DNA of 32,000 nucleotides, taken from contig OY969938.1 in assembly GCA_963704755.1 (NCBI GenBank), forward strand, positions 3,660,001 through 3,692,000. The letters are read 5' to 3'. Numbering within the stretch: position 1 is the stretch's first letter; each line of letters starts with the position of its first letter. This stretch comes from an uncultured Chloroflexia bacterium. Its GTDB lineage: Bacteria; Chloroflexota; Anaerolineae; Anaerolineales; Anaerolineaceae. Below are positions 1-9,167 of this stretch, in pieces. Both the position numbers and the translations under genes were made by a program. The notes beneath the pieces are model-generated. The model searched no databases. It saw only the letters and a list, made by a program, of their open reading frames with translations, and was not told where the DNA came from.

Positions 1-513
1 ATTGAACGCGGCGTTGATGTCTTTGCCGACCGTCACGATGCCATGGTTCGCCATCAGACAGGCGTTGTAGTTACCAATTGCTTCGACAATACTATCGGAC
101 AGCGCCTGGGTGCCAAAGGTGGCGTACCTGGCCAGGGGAACCTTATTCCCGGAAAATCCCACCAGATAATGTACTGCCGGCAGTTCCATATTCATACACG
201 CGATGGTGGTCGCATAAATTTGATGCGTATGCAGCACTGCGTTAGCATCGGAGCGTTTGGCCAGCAACGCCAGGTGAAAGCGAACCTCACTGGAAGGCAG
301 CAGATCGCCATCCACAACTTTGCCATCCATGTCGACTACGACCACATCGGCGGGTTTCATTTCCAGGTAATCAACCCCGGTTGGTTTAATCGCCACCAGG
401 TTTTCTTTGCGATTCATGATACTGAGGTTGCCCCCCGATCCAGTCGTCAGTTGTGAGGCAATCATTTTCTTGCCATATTTAACGATCAGTTCACGTTCTT
501 CTGCAAGTAACAT
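1..513 (-). CDS. class II aldolase/adducin-family protein (FucA / ribulose-5-P 4-epimerase-like); C-terminus lies beyond the left window edge
   Basis: It is absent from the ORF track because no stop lies in the window. Hand translation of the minus strand from ATG 513-511 gives MLLAEERELIVKYGKKMIASQLTTGSGGNLSIMNRKENLVAIKPTGVDY...AVLHTHQIYATT...CLMANHGIVTVGKDINAAF. The GGNxS, HTH and ANHG motifs are typical of zinc class II aldolases. It is on the same strand as the PTS genes and closely packed with them. Confidence 0.8.
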   Translation of the reverse strand, partial: MLLAEERELIVKYGKKMIASQLTTGSGGNLSIMNRKENLVAIKPTGVDYLEMKPADVVVVDMDGKVVDGDLLPSSEVRFHLALLAKRSDANAVLHTHQIYATTIACMNMELPAVHYLVGFSGNKVPLARYATFGTQALSDSIVEAIGNYNACLMANHGIVTVGKDINAAFN

Positions 514-549
514 TTTTTATCCCTTTTCATTTATCAAAGCAGAATTAAA

Positions 550-846
550 TCAGGCATTCAAAACAGGCGCTAGCTCCTGAGCTAACGCATCGACCAATTT
601 CTTTTCGCCTTCATCGGGTTTTGCCTGAGCCGTCAGGCAGGAAATCGTAACAGACGTTTGCGCACCGGGACGGCAAGTCACACTGATTACCCTTGTCTTC
701 CCGTCTATCTCTTTACTCACCTGAATCAACCAGGCAAAGTCTCGCTTGTGCATGACTTTAAAGCCGTGCGATAGCAGGTAATCTACAGAGCCCCGGTAAG
801 AACTGGAGGCATCCTTTTTGGAGGATATGGTTACATCATAAGCCAT
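550..846 (-). CDS. hypothetical small protein (98 aa), no recognisable motif
   Basis: The ORF fills the gap between ptsI and the aldolase on the operon strand. An aagga SD-like sequence lies a few nt upstream of the ATG. I recognise no family. Confidence 0.5.
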   Translation of the reverse strand: MAYDVTISSKKDASSSYRGSVDYLLSHGFKVMHKRDFAWLIQVSKEIDGKTRVISVTCRPGAQTSVTISCLTAQAKPDEGEKKLVDALAQELAPVLNA

Positions 847-859
847 TCATTAATTCCTT

Positions 860-2584
860 TTAGGTACCCTGGCCGGGCTGAACACTGCACAGGTATGCGC
901 GGACAGCTTCTGCATCCTCTAATTCGAGTGCATGGGCGGCCACTTCCTGTGCTTTTTGGATGGACCACTTGCGGATCGCCTCTTTGACCTCAGGAATGGA
1001 CGCTTTACCCATGCTAAACTCGTCCAGGCCCATCCCGAGCAGCAGGGGTACCGCCAACGGGTTTCCGGCCAGTTCTCCACATAGCCCAATCCAGATCCCC
1101 GCCCGGTGCCCGGACTGGATGGTGTTTTTGATCAAGCGCAATACAGCCGGGTGAAAGGCATCCGCCAGGTTTTGCACAGATGCGTTCATACGATCCGCAG
1201 CTAAAGTGTATTGAGTCAGGTCGTTGGTCCCAATACTGAAAAAGTCAACGTGGCGGGCAAGGGTGTCGGCGGCCACAGCCGCGGAGGGAACTTCGATCAT
1301 GATCCCGATTTCTACTTTCGAACAGGGAATCTGGCGGGTTTCCATCTCTACCAAAACATCCGCCACTATTTTCTTCGCCTGAAGTATTTCGCCGACCGTT
1401 GAAACCATGGGGAACATGATTTTTAGATTGTGACCGGCCGAGGCTCTATAGATGGCCCTCAACTGGGTCTTGAAAATTTCAGGCATGGTCAGGCAAAGGC
1501 GCAATCCGCGTAACCCAAGAAACGGGTTGTCTTCGGGTTCCATGGGCAGATAGGGGAGGCGTTTATCCCCGCCGATATCCATGGTGCGAATAACCACCGG
1601 TTTCTCCCCAAACACATCACCGATGGCGGCATACTGCCGGTATTGCTCGTCCTCGTCCGCCGCTTCATTCCGGTCGATAAAAAGGAACTCGGTCCGCAGC
1701 AGCCCTACGCCTTCAGCGCCATTTTCGACCGCCGAGGCTGCCTCAACAGCCTGGCCGATATTGGCCACCACTTCCACCTGAGTTCCATCGAGAGTCCTGG
1801 CCGGTTCGAGTGCATGCTTAAGCGAGCGCTCATTTTTGGCCTGTAAAACGCGCTGTTTCTCTTCGTACTGCCGAACAGTGGTTTGGTCGGGATCGATGAG
1901 CATTAATCCCTCGCCGCCATCCAGAAGCGCAAAGCGTTCTTTGGCGCATAATTTCAAAACCTCGCTGCCTGCTCCGACAATGGCCGGTATCCCGAGGCAC
2001 CTGGCGAAGATCGCCGCATGAGCAGTAGGTCCACCCAGGGCAGTGATAAAGCCTTTGACTTGAGCAACATCCATCTGGGCCGTATCGGAGGGGAACAGGG
2101 TTTCGGCCACGATGATACACGGCTGTGGGAATGAATCGAGGCGCGGGCCGGGCACCCCCAGGAGAGCGCGGATCAACTGATTACCAACGTCCACAATGTC
2201 CTGTGATCGTTGGCGGAAGTACTCATCCTCCATGTTTTCAAACAGCACCTTTATATCGGAGGCGACTTCCAACGTGCAGAATTCGGCATTCAAGCGTTTT
2301 TGGGTGATTTGCTGCTTGATTTCTCCGATAAACATCGGATCCTGGAGAAACATACGATGGGCTTCGAAGACCTGGGCATCTTTTTGGGCAGCTTTCTGCG
2401 CAAGGGTATTGGCCGAGGCCAACAGGTCATGATCCACTGACTCGATCGCGCGCTCCAGGCGATCGATCTCGGCGTCGGCATCCGCAACTTCCTGGGCCGA
2501 AACAGGAGGAATTTGAGGCAGATACAGGTAAGTTGGGCCTATCGCGACCCCGTTTGATGCCGCAATCCCACGAATGCTGTTCAT
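860..2584 (-). CDS. ptsI: phosphoenolpyruvate-protein phosphotransferase (PTS Enzyme I)
   Basis: The 574 aa length and domain order are typical of Enzyme I. The phospho-His region is GGPTAHAAIFAR. The C-terminal PEP-utiliser TIM barrel shows RTMDIGGDK, FSIGTNDLTQY and GLCGE. It overlaps the HPr gene by 4 nt. Confidence 0.95.
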   Translation of the reverse strand: MNSIRGIAASNGVAIGPTYLYLPQIPPVSAQEVADADAEIDRLERAIESVDHDLLASANTLAQKAAQKDAQVFEAHRMFLQDPMFIGEIKQQITQKRLNAEFCTLEVASDIKVLFENMEDEYFRQRSQDIVDVGNQLIRALLGVPGPRLDSFPQPCIIVAETLFPSDTAQMDVAQVKGFITALGGPTAHAAIFARCLGIPAIVGAGSEVLKLCAKERFALLDGGEGLMLIDPDQTTVRQYEEKQRVLQAKNERSLKHALEPARTLDGTQVEVVANIGQAVEAASAVENGAEGVGLLRTEFLFIDRNEAADEDEQYRQYAAIGDVFGEKPVVIRTMDIGGDKRLPYLPMEPEDNPFLGLRGLRLCLTMPEIFKTQLRAIYRASAGHNLKIMFPMVSTVGEILQAKKIVADVLVEMETRQIPCSKVEIGIMIEVPSAAVAADTLARHVDFFSIGTNDLTQYTLAADRMNASVQNLADAFHPAVLRLIKNTIQSGHRAGIWIGLCGELAGNPLAVPLLLGMGLDEFSMGKASIPEVKEAIRKWSIQKAQEVAAHALELEDAEAVRAYLCSVQPGQGT

Positions 2585-2868
2585 TGATCGGCTTCTTCTC
2601 CAAAGTTTGAATTGACCAGTTCGGTCAGGTTGTGAATGGCTTCGTCGGCATCATTGCCTTTGGCAGAAATCAAGATTTCATTGCCCTGGCAAATGCCAAG
2701 AGTCAACACGGACAGGATGCTTTTCGCACTGACCGGGCCTTTTCCGGCTTTTAGATTGGTTACCTGGATTTCTGAAGCATATCGGTTGGATAACTGAACA
2801 AAAAGGGAAGCCGGGCGGGCGTGCAATCCGGAAGCATGTTTTACCACCAAACGGGTTTCTTTTTCCAT
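2581..2868 (-). CDS. ptsH: phosphocarrier protein HPr
   Basis: 95 aa. It has the His15 motif SGLHARPAS and a Ser46-type region AKSILSVLTLG. Confidence 0.9.
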   Translation of the reverse strand: MEKETRLVVKHASGLHARPASLFVQLSNRYASEIQVTNLKAGKGPVSAKSILSVLTLGICQGNEILISAKGNDADEAIHNLTELVNSNFGEEADQ

Positions 2869-2880
2869 AATCGCCTTCCT

Positions 2881-3951
2881 TTACTTCCAGGGGATGATTA
2901 ATGACTTTAGAGATTCCCCACCTTTTAGCAACAACTGGATCGCATCTGCCACGTTATCGAGTCCAAACCGGTGCGTGATCAGTGACTGGGCATCCACGCG
3001 TTTGGCCTCCAACAGGTCCAATACAGCCCGTGTCTCTATTTGGGTCGCAGAATAAGAAGAGTTTATCGTGATTTCCTTGAAATACATCTGGTTGGGATTT
3101 AATTGGACCACATCTTCCGGAGCGACCGGGGCATTATAGTGGAAAAAGGCGCCCTTTTCACAAAGTGCCAGGGCGGTGCCCCAAACCTTGCCCGAAGGCA
3201 CGGTCAGGACGACCATATCGGCCAGGCGACCCTGGTTAATTTCTCTTAGGGCCGTTTCGGCATCCTCTTTTTGAGGGTTGATGGTATGGGTAGCGCCAAA
3301 AGTGCGGGCCTTCTCCAGCCTCCAATCGTTGAGATCCAGCGCAACGATTCTGGCAAAGGGGTACAACTGAGCCAACTGGATGAAGCACATCCCCATAAAT
3401 CCACTACCCACCACGGCGATCGTATCGCCTGGATGAATTTCGGCGTGCTTAAACCCCTTCAGGCAGCAAGCCATTGGCTCAACGATGGTCCCTTCTTCAA
3501 ACGAGACGTTATCCGGAAGGACATAAGTATCCAGGCGGGCATTTTCTTCAGGGACACTAAAATATTCGGCGAAACCACCCGGGTGGATATTGGTCTTTCC
3601 AAAATGTTCACACAGGCTGTAATTTCCGCGATTGCATTGATGGCAGGACATGCAGGCCACGTGATGGTGCACAGATACCCTGTCTCCAACCTTGAAGGCT
3701 GTTTGCCCCGATCCGACTTTCACGACCGTCCCGGTTGGTTCATGCCCAAGGATTTTTGGCGCGCGTGGAGCCAGGTACCATTCCATTGTTTCGCCGCCAC
3801 ACAGGCCGCATGCTTCGGTCTTGACCAGCAATTCGCCGGGGCCAATTTCTGGAATCGGCCTTTCTTCCACTTTGATTACCTGGTTATTATAATAAACAGC
3901 AACTCTCATCGTATCCTTTTGGGAAATCATATTAGATCCTTTCGGGTTCAA
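2881..3951 (-). CDS. zinc-dependent alcohol/polyol(-phosphate) dehydrogenase (MDR family)
   Basis: Catalytic Zn motifs are CGLCGGE and GHEPTG. The structural Zn cluster is CMSCHQCNRGNYSLC. The Rossmann motif is VVGSGFMG. The track start overlaps the upstream gene by 20 nt, so the true start may be an internal Met (MISQ at 3930 or MRVAVYY at 3909). Confidence 0.85.
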   Translation of the reverse strand: MNPKGSNMISQKDTMRVAVYYNNQVIKVEERPIPEIGPGELLVKTEACGLCGGETMEWYLAPRAPKILGHEPTGTVVKVGSGQTAFKVGDRVSVHHHVACMSCHQCNRGNYSLCEHFGKTNIHPGGFAEYFSVPEENARLDTYVLPDNVSFEEGTIVEPMACCLKGFKHAEIHPGDTIAVVGSGFMGMCFIQLAQLYPFARIVALDLNDWRLEKARTFGATHTINPQKEDAETALREINQGRLADMVVLTVPSGKVWGTALALCEKGAFFHYNAPVAPEDVVQLNPNQMYFKEITINSSYSATQIETRAVLDLLEAKRVDAQSLITHRFGLDNVADAIQLLLKGGESLKSLIIPWK

Positions 3952-4999
3952 TTGCCATTTTGATTACTTTGCCTTCGGACATAGCCAGCAAAGCTTCTTC
4001 TACTTTACTCAATGGGACCTGTGCGGTAATCAGTTTTTCGATATTCAATGTCTTCGACACAATTAACTGATAAGCATGGTAAACATCCAGGGGGGTACAG
4101 TGATAAATACCGTACATGGTTAATTCGCCATAATGGATACTGTAGCTATCCACCGGAACCTGGGTTCCCTGGGGCAGCCCGCCAAACCACAGTATCCGGC
4201 CGCCTTTGCGGACCACTTTCATTGCCATCACCCAGGCATCCGCAGAGCCCGCCGATTCGATCACGGCATCCACCCCAATTCCGCCGGTCAAGTCCATGAT
4301 GGCGGAGACTGGATCCACTTCGGTAAGATTAATCGTTTGAGTGGCTCCTAATTCTTTGGCAACCTGCAGGCGAAAGTCTTTCATATCCACCGCAATGACC
4401 TGGCTGGCTCCCCGTAGAAGGGCAAGCTGCAAGTGCATCAACCCGATCGGGCCGCCGGCTCCAATTATGGCTACCCGTTCCCCCGGTTGGATATCCAGCT
4501 TGGACTGCCCGTGAACCACGGTAGAAAGCGGCTCGAGGATTGCCGCGTGGGCATAAGGGATATCGGCAGGCACTTCATAGGTGTTCAATTCAACAATGCG
4601 CCCCGGCACAACGATGTATTCAGCAAATGCGCCAAAATTGTAGATGGGGCTCGAGCACATGCTTTGTTGGTGATGTTTGCACCAGTAACATTTTCCACAC
4701 GGGGCTGAGTTATGGGCCACCACGCGCATGCCAGGGTAGAAATTCTTGACATTTTTTCCCGCTTCGATAACATCTCCGGAATATTCATGCCCGAACAAAG
4801 TAGGGGGGAGGATGACGGGATGCCCGCGTTTGAAAGTTTTCAGGTCGGTTCCGCACGTGAGCGCGGTTTTAATTTTCACCAGTAAATCATCTGGCCCAAT
4901 TTCTGGTAATGGCACCTGGCGATACTCCAATTTTCCCGGTCCCAGGTACATCACGGCATTCATCATTGCTTTTTGATTCATATTTGTTGCTACCATCAC
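3932..4999 (-). CDS. zinc-dependent alcohol/polyol(-phosphate) dehydrogenase (MDR family, GatD/threonine-DH-like)
   Basis: Motifs seen: CGTD, GHEYSG, the structural Zn cluster CGKCYWCKHHQQSMC, and the Rossmann motif IIGAGGPIG. The start among several N-terminal Met codons is uncertain. Confidence 0.85.
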   Translation of the reverse strand: MMVATNMNQKAMMNAVMYLGPGKLEYRQVPLPEIGPDDLLVKIKTALTCGTDLKTFKRGHPVILPPTLFGHEYSGDVIEAGKNVKNFYPGMRVVAHNSAPCGKCYWCKHHQQSMCSSPIYNFGAFAEYIVVPGRIVELNTYEVPADIPYAHAAILEPLSTVVHGQSKLDIQPGERVAIIGAGGPIGLMHLQLALLRGASQVIAVDMKDFRLQVAKELGATQTINLTEVDPVSAIMDLTGGIGVDAVIESAGSADAWVMAMKVVRKGGRILWFGGLPQGTQVPVDSYSIHYGELTMYGIYHCTPLDVYHAYQLIVSKTLNIEKLITAQVPLSKVEEALLAMSEGKVIKMAIEPERI

Positions 5000-5207
5000 T
5001 ACACCTCATTTAATTTAATCGAAGATAACCACTCAGGTTTGTGCAAGAAATTCCCAAATTTGTGGTTCTTATCCATCCGGCAGAGAAGTTACAATCCAGA
5101 AACATTTTGTAAACTTGCAACACGAAACAGTACCCTTATCTCTTCTAAAGGGCAGAAGTTTACTTACACGCAGAATAAGTTTTAGGAACGAGAGCGGGAG
5201 GGAGAAA

Positions 5208-5501
5208 TTATGCCTTCAACGCCTCGAGGATATCTGCTTTTAACTTATCGATCCCAATTCCGGATAAAAATGGGACTCCATTCAACACAGGAACCCCTAA
5301 GTCCTTCGGAACAGGCGTCATGGCGATGATCAGTTGCGGGTTAAAGACTTGCACCCTACCGCGAATTTCCATCGCTTTACACTGAACAACTTCAACAGGC
5401 ACCCCAGCCTGGTCTGCTAATTCCCGTACTTTTGAAGCAGCAACTGTTGCCGTGGCAATAGAAGTCCCACAAGCAACTAAAACTCTCTTTTTTACAGTCA
5501 T
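5208..5501 (-). CDS. gatB: PTS galactitol-family EIIB component
   Basis: 97 aa. The active-site Cys context VLVACGTSIATATV and the C-terminal PFLSGIGID segment resemble GatB. It overlaps the IIA gene by 4 nt. Confidence 0.8.
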   Translation of the reverse strand: MTVKKRVLVACGTSIATATVAASKVRELADQAGVPVEVVQCKAMEIRGRVQVFNPQLIIAMTPVPKDLGVPVLNGVPFLSGIGIDKLKADILEALKA

Positions 5502-5971
5502 TTTGCTTCCTCCATTTCAGGTAAACGAGAATTGATCAACCAAGCAATTTTCTCGGGGTCGGATGAAGTGCATATGCTGCGCATGAATTCGGAATTCTGG
5601 AAGATCCCGATCAATTCTCCCAATAAATCGACCATTGCATCAGCCCGGGTAATTGCAAGCATACAGATCAAATCAATTTTTAAAGTAGAATCAGGGTTCC
5701 CCATTTCCTGGAACTCTACCGGATCGGCCAGAATCCCAAATGCCATGGCTGGGCGAATAACGTGCTCAGGATCCGTATGAGGAATAGCCACTTTAAAGTC
5801 AGGGGTGGGTAACCCCGTGGGATAAACCGCTTCGCGTGCTAAGACCGCTCCTTCGAACGATTCGTGAACGTACCCCTGTTGCAGAAGAATACCGGCCAGT
5901 TCTTTGATGGCCGCCTCAGAACTTTGGGCTTTCATGTTCGTTACAATGAGGCTTTCGGTTGTCCATTTCAT
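5498..5971 (-). CDS. gatA: PTS EIIA component (galactitol/fructose/mannitol EIIA-2 family)
   Basis: 157 aa. It carries the AREAVYPTGL...VAIPH phospho-His motif typical of the EIIA-2 family. Confidence 0.8.
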   Translation of the reverse strand: MKWTTESLIVTNMKAQSSEAAIKELAGILLQQGYVHESFEGAVLAREAVYPTGLPTPDFKVAIPHTDPEHVIRPAMAFGILADPVEFQEMGNPDSTLKIDLICMLAITRADAMVDLLGELIGIFQNSEFMRSICTSSDPEKIAWLINSRLPEMEEAK

Positions 5972-6009
5972 ATTTATAAAGTCGAACCTCTCTGATCAGC
6001 CTGGAATGT

Positions 6010-6414
6010 TCAATCCGGCAAGAAATGATTCTGAACCAAAATATTCTGGACCCATTCGGGTGAAAAACCGATCCGTGATTTCACGTTATCCATCGTCGCG
6101 GGAATTGGCCAGATCTCCAAACGGTTGGGGATGAACCAGGCCAATTTGTGCAGTTGAGGGTTCCATTCGCGAAGAACCTGCTCGAACAGCCTGGCGGGGT
6201 CAATTTCGCGACCCTGGCGCTGCCAGTCACGGGCCAGGTCCAACGTGGCTTTCTGAAGATACGACTCACTCCGCTTGAGCTGCAGCTTGCTGGCCCAAAA
6301 CAGAATACACCAGCCAACAAAGATTGCAGCGAGCAGCACCGGACGGGCCGCCAGCCAGGGGATTGCTACCCTACTCCAGGGGCCCAGAACCATGTATACG
6401 AATTCGAGAACCAC
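6010..6414 (-). CDS. hypothetical membrane-anchored protein (134 aa)
   Basis: The ORF fits exactly between the regulator stop (6418) and the IIA start on the operon strand. It has one or two N-terminal hydrophobic helices. The start is GTG with no clear SD; an alternative ATG lies at 6393. A competing plus-strand ORF 6148..6483 exists. Confidence 0.4.
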   Translation of the reverse strand: MVLEFVYMVLGPWSRVAIPWLAARPVLLAAIFVGWCILFWASKLQLKRSESYLQKATLDLARDWQRQGREIDPARLFEQVLREWNPQLHKLAWFIPNRLEIWPIPATMDNVKSRIGFSPEWVQNILVQNHFLPD

Positions 6415-6417
6415 GGT

Positions 6418-7440
6418 TTATCCTTTCAGGAGGTGAAACGCGACTGCCGAATCGGTTGCCAACATATTGACGATACGCGCTGAAATTGCCGTCTTAATCG
6501 CTTCCACTTTTGGAAGACCGGTGGCTACGCCAATGACGATGGGAATTTTGCGCAAGTTTTCCAGTTCGATACAGACCAGGCGATGGTCGATCTCGACGTT
6601 GACCATTTCTTCGCCATTCTTCCCGAAAAACCTTCCGGCAACATCGCCTAAAACACCCTGCTTTGATAGCTCCAACAACTCTTCCCGCGTGAGTGACTTG
6701 TTCCGCACCAGGCTGTTTACTTTGGGATCCATGGCGCCGATACCCACCAAAGCAATGTCGGCGTGTTTCGCCCGTTCCAAAACGGCCCGGATGCTGGGTT
6801 CCTTGAGCAGAATTTGAGTGGAAATAGGATTTTCTAAAATCAAGGGCGCGTGGAGAAAGTGAAGGGTTCCCGAGTAACGGCCGCGCAGAAACATGGCGAT
6901 ATCCGAGCCGTCATTCAACAGGTCGCCCATCGCTCCTTGAATTTGAACGACATCCACTTTCAATTCAGGCTTTGCCTGTAAAGCCTCGACGGCAGAATAA
7001 ACACCGCTGCCACGAGAAATGGCCAGAGTATTTCCGTACTCCAAATATTTCTCGACCAGCCGGGCGCCCATAACGCCGACCCCTTTGCGAATTTCTGTCT
7101 CGGTTAACCCATCTGCATTGAGGACCATCGCGTCCTGCAGGCCATAGGCCTTCATCAGCTCGGATTCTAGCTGGGGACTGTTTCGCCAGGGATAATTGAC
7201 CTTTACTTCCACCAGCTTGGTCTGGCGGGCTTCGGTAAGCAATCGCGAAACCATCGGTTTCGACAACTGCAAGGTTTGAGCGATCTCAGCCTGGGTAATG
7301 TCTTCTTCATAATACATGCGTGCAATCTTGACCATCAAGTTCAGCTTTTCTTCTGCATCCCGGACGATATCGATTTGAATACCGGAATTCATTGCAGAAG
7401 ACCCAAAGGATTCATTTTGCTCTTTTTCGACTTTACGCAT
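6418..7440 (-). CDS. SorC/DeoR-type sugar-binding transcriptional regulator
   Basis: 340 aa. The N-terminal HTH is ARMYYEEDITQAEIAQTLQLSKPMVSRLL, followed by a SorC-type sugar-phosphate-binding domain (ISRGSGV, ALVGIG, GDVAGRFF). Confidence 0.85.
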   Translation of the reverse strand: MRKVEKEQNESFGSSAMNSGIQIDIVRDAEEKLNLMVKIARMYYEEDITQAEIAQTLQLSKPMVSRLLTEARQTKLVEVKVNYPWRNSPQLESELMKAYGLQDAMVLNADGLTETEIRKGVGVMGARLVEKYLEYGNTLAISRGSGVYSAVEALQAKPELKVDVVQIQGAMGDLLNDGSDIAMFLRGRYSGTLHFLHAPLILENPISTQILLKEPSIRAVLERAKHADIALVGIGAMDPKVNSLVRNKSLTREELLELSKQGVLGDVAGRFFGKNGEEMVNVEIDHRLVCIELENLRKIPIVIGVATGLPKVEAIKTAISARIVNMLATDSAVAFHLLKG

Positions 7441-7456
7441 ATACTTACCTCAGGCC

Positions 7457-7496
7457 TAGAATAAAATGTGATCCTAACTTGAAATATTTTATTCTA
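7457..7496. promoter_or_regulatory. 11 bp perfect inverted repeat tagaataaaat / attttattcta (18 bp spacer) just upstream of the sorC-like gene
   Basis: The arms at 7457-7467 and 7486-7496 are exact reverse complements. The repeat lies 17-56 bp upstream of the regulator start codon (7440, minus). It is a candidate operator or promoter element. Confidence 0.4.
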
Positions 7497-7497
7497 T

Positions 7498-7531
7498 CCT
7501 AGATAGGGAATCTCTCCATTCCCTATCTAGG
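7498..7531. repeat. perfect 14 bp-stem palindrome (cctagatagggaat ctctcc attccctatctagg) between IIC and the regulator gene
   Basis: The arms at 7498-7511 and 7518-7531 are exact reverse complements. No T-run follows on either strand, so this is not a canonical intrinsic terminator. Confidence 0.6.
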
Positions 7532-7595
7532 AATTACTGCTTGACCCAAAACCTGCCCGCTGTTTCAGCGGAATTGGGCCACCTGAACCAGAAAA

Positions 7596-9018
7596 CTAGA
7601 TGGTTTCACCTTCGTAGACTGCGCCCGCAACCTTGCTCCAGGACTTGCGGCGCTTGTTGAGGCCAAGAAAAGCCCAAACCAGCAGAGCTACGACGACGAT
7701 CAACACAATTGCTTCGGTAAAAACGCCGCCTATGGTCGAGGGGAAAATCAAGGCGGCGGCGGAAGTAACCCAACCATCGCCCATGTTCGTGATCATCGAT
7801 GCGCCTTCCGGGATGGTGACGCCGGCCATGGGGGCGGCCAGGGTCTGAATTGGAGCCATCCAAGATGCCATGTACAATCCAACGGCTGCGCAGATCGTAC
7901 CGATGATGGTCATTCTGACCACATTACCCTTGGTAATCGGGGCAAACATACAAACGAAGAACGGGATTGCGGCCAAATCGGCAAAAGGCAGCATCCGGTT
8001 ACCAGGGAGGATGATGGACAACAAGATGGTAATGGGGACAAGCAGCAGGCTCGTGGCGATCACGGAAGGATGGCCGATCAGGATAGCAGCATCCAGGCCA
8101 ATGTGAATGTCCCTTCCGCCGGCCCGTTTGGCCATGAATTCATGGGCAGACTCGGACAGCGGAATCAAGCCTTCCATCAAGATCTGAACCATCCGAGGCA
8201 GGAGCAGCATAACTGCGGCCAGGTTGATACCGCTGGTCAGCACCGAAATGATCGCTGTGGTCCAGTTGGTATCTGCGGATGGCGGGAAATAAGCAATGGC
8301 GCCTAAGATGAGGCCAATTACAAGGCCCAAAATGAGGGGCTCACCGAATACACCCCATTTCTTCTGGATGGACTCTGGGGTCGGCTTTCCAATCGCGCAC
8401 GCCCGGGATACGGTCCAGCAGCCAGTTGAGTGGAATGGCCAGCGGTGCAAAAGATTGAGCGGAAGCCGTGGTAATGCTCACCCCCGGCATTCCAAAGAAA
8501 TCTTGTACCCCCTTCTGAGTCCAGTCTGCAATGAACAAGGCAAAAATACTGGCCACTGCAGCTGCACAAAGACCCAACACCAGGTTGTTCGTGACGACAA
8601 ACACCATCGTTCCCACAAAGGCAAAGTGCCAGAAGTTCCAGACATCGATATTCAATGTTCTGGTCAAGCCGAGGAAAAGGAATAGCAAGTTAACAATGAG
8701 AACGACTGGGATGATGAATGTGCCAACCTTTGACCCGAATGCGATCGCTGCTGCGGTAGGCCAGCCGACATCAACTGCGGTGAGTTGGACGCCGGTCTTC
8801 GTGACGATTGCTTGAGAAACGCCGCTTAGAGCTGTCCACATCAAACCAATGACCAGGTTGATGCCGACAAATGCGACCCCAATGGTGATCGCAGCTCGAA
8901 AGGCTTTCCCTGGCTTGGAACCAAGAATCAGCGCCAGGATGAAAATGACAATAGGGAGCATAACGGAAGCACCCATTGCACTGATGATAGACTGAAGCGA
9001 AGTAAAAAATGCAGCCAT
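7596..9018 (-). pseudogene. gatC: PTS galactitol-family EIIC component, interrupted by a +1 frameshift (or a sequencing error)
   Basis: Two overlapping ORFs (8341..9039 and 7596..8450, different frames) are together colinear with a GatC-type IIC of about 470 aa. Frame a reads ...LLDRIPGV then RDWKADP...stop. Frame b reads AIGKPTPESIQKKWGVFGEPLILGLVIGLILG, the conserved continuation. The junction implies one extra base in cccgggcgtgcgcg (plus 8394-8407). The likely start is ATG 9018 (MAAFFTSLQ), preceded by a purine-rich SD. Confidence 0.8.
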
Positions 9019-9131
9019 CTTTTCCTTTTCCCTTTTCAATTGTAATGCGAGATTCTTTTTGCCAATTACTTTCTACAAGCAGATTTATGAATAATGGATG
9101 TTTACCTCCTTTCGGTTTGGGCGACATTCTT

Positions 9132-9160
9132 TCCTCCTGCCAATTCAATTGGCAGGAGGA
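9132..9160. repeat. 29 bp perfect palindrome (tcctcctgccaatt c aattggcaggagga) between the transketolase C subunit gene and the IIC gene
   Basis: Exact 14+1+14 dyad. No flanking T-run. It is intercistronic within the operon. Confidence 0.6.
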
Positions 9161-9167
9161 TCAATGC

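Noticed and set aside
43-456. 137 aa plus-strand ORF at the left edge
   Set aside because: It lies entirely antisense to a minus-strand reading frame with clear class II aldolase motifs. Its Arg/Gly/His-rich low-complexity composition is typical of antisense frames.
3271-3963. 230 aa plus-strand ORF, plus the many 60-130 aa ORFs antisense to ptsI, the dehydrogenases, IIC, transketolase, the ABC genes, the reductase and the anti-sigma gene
   Set aside because: Each overlaps a same-locus ORF carrying strong family motifs on the other strand or in another frame. None has an SD or recognisable motifs. They are expected shadow ORFs in moderately GC-rich coding DNA.
5120-5140. cre-like (CcpA) site tgtaaacttgcaaca in the gap between IIB and the dehydrogenase genes
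   Set aside because: It lacks the central CG and one flank of the WTGNAANCGNWNNCW consensus. That is too weak to call without knowing the taxon.
8394-8407. Programmed +1 frameshifting as the explanation for the split IIC gene
   Set aside because: There is no slippery heptamer, rare-codon/stop context or downstream structure at the junction. It is simply a GC-rich string where an indel or base-calling error is the simpler explanation.
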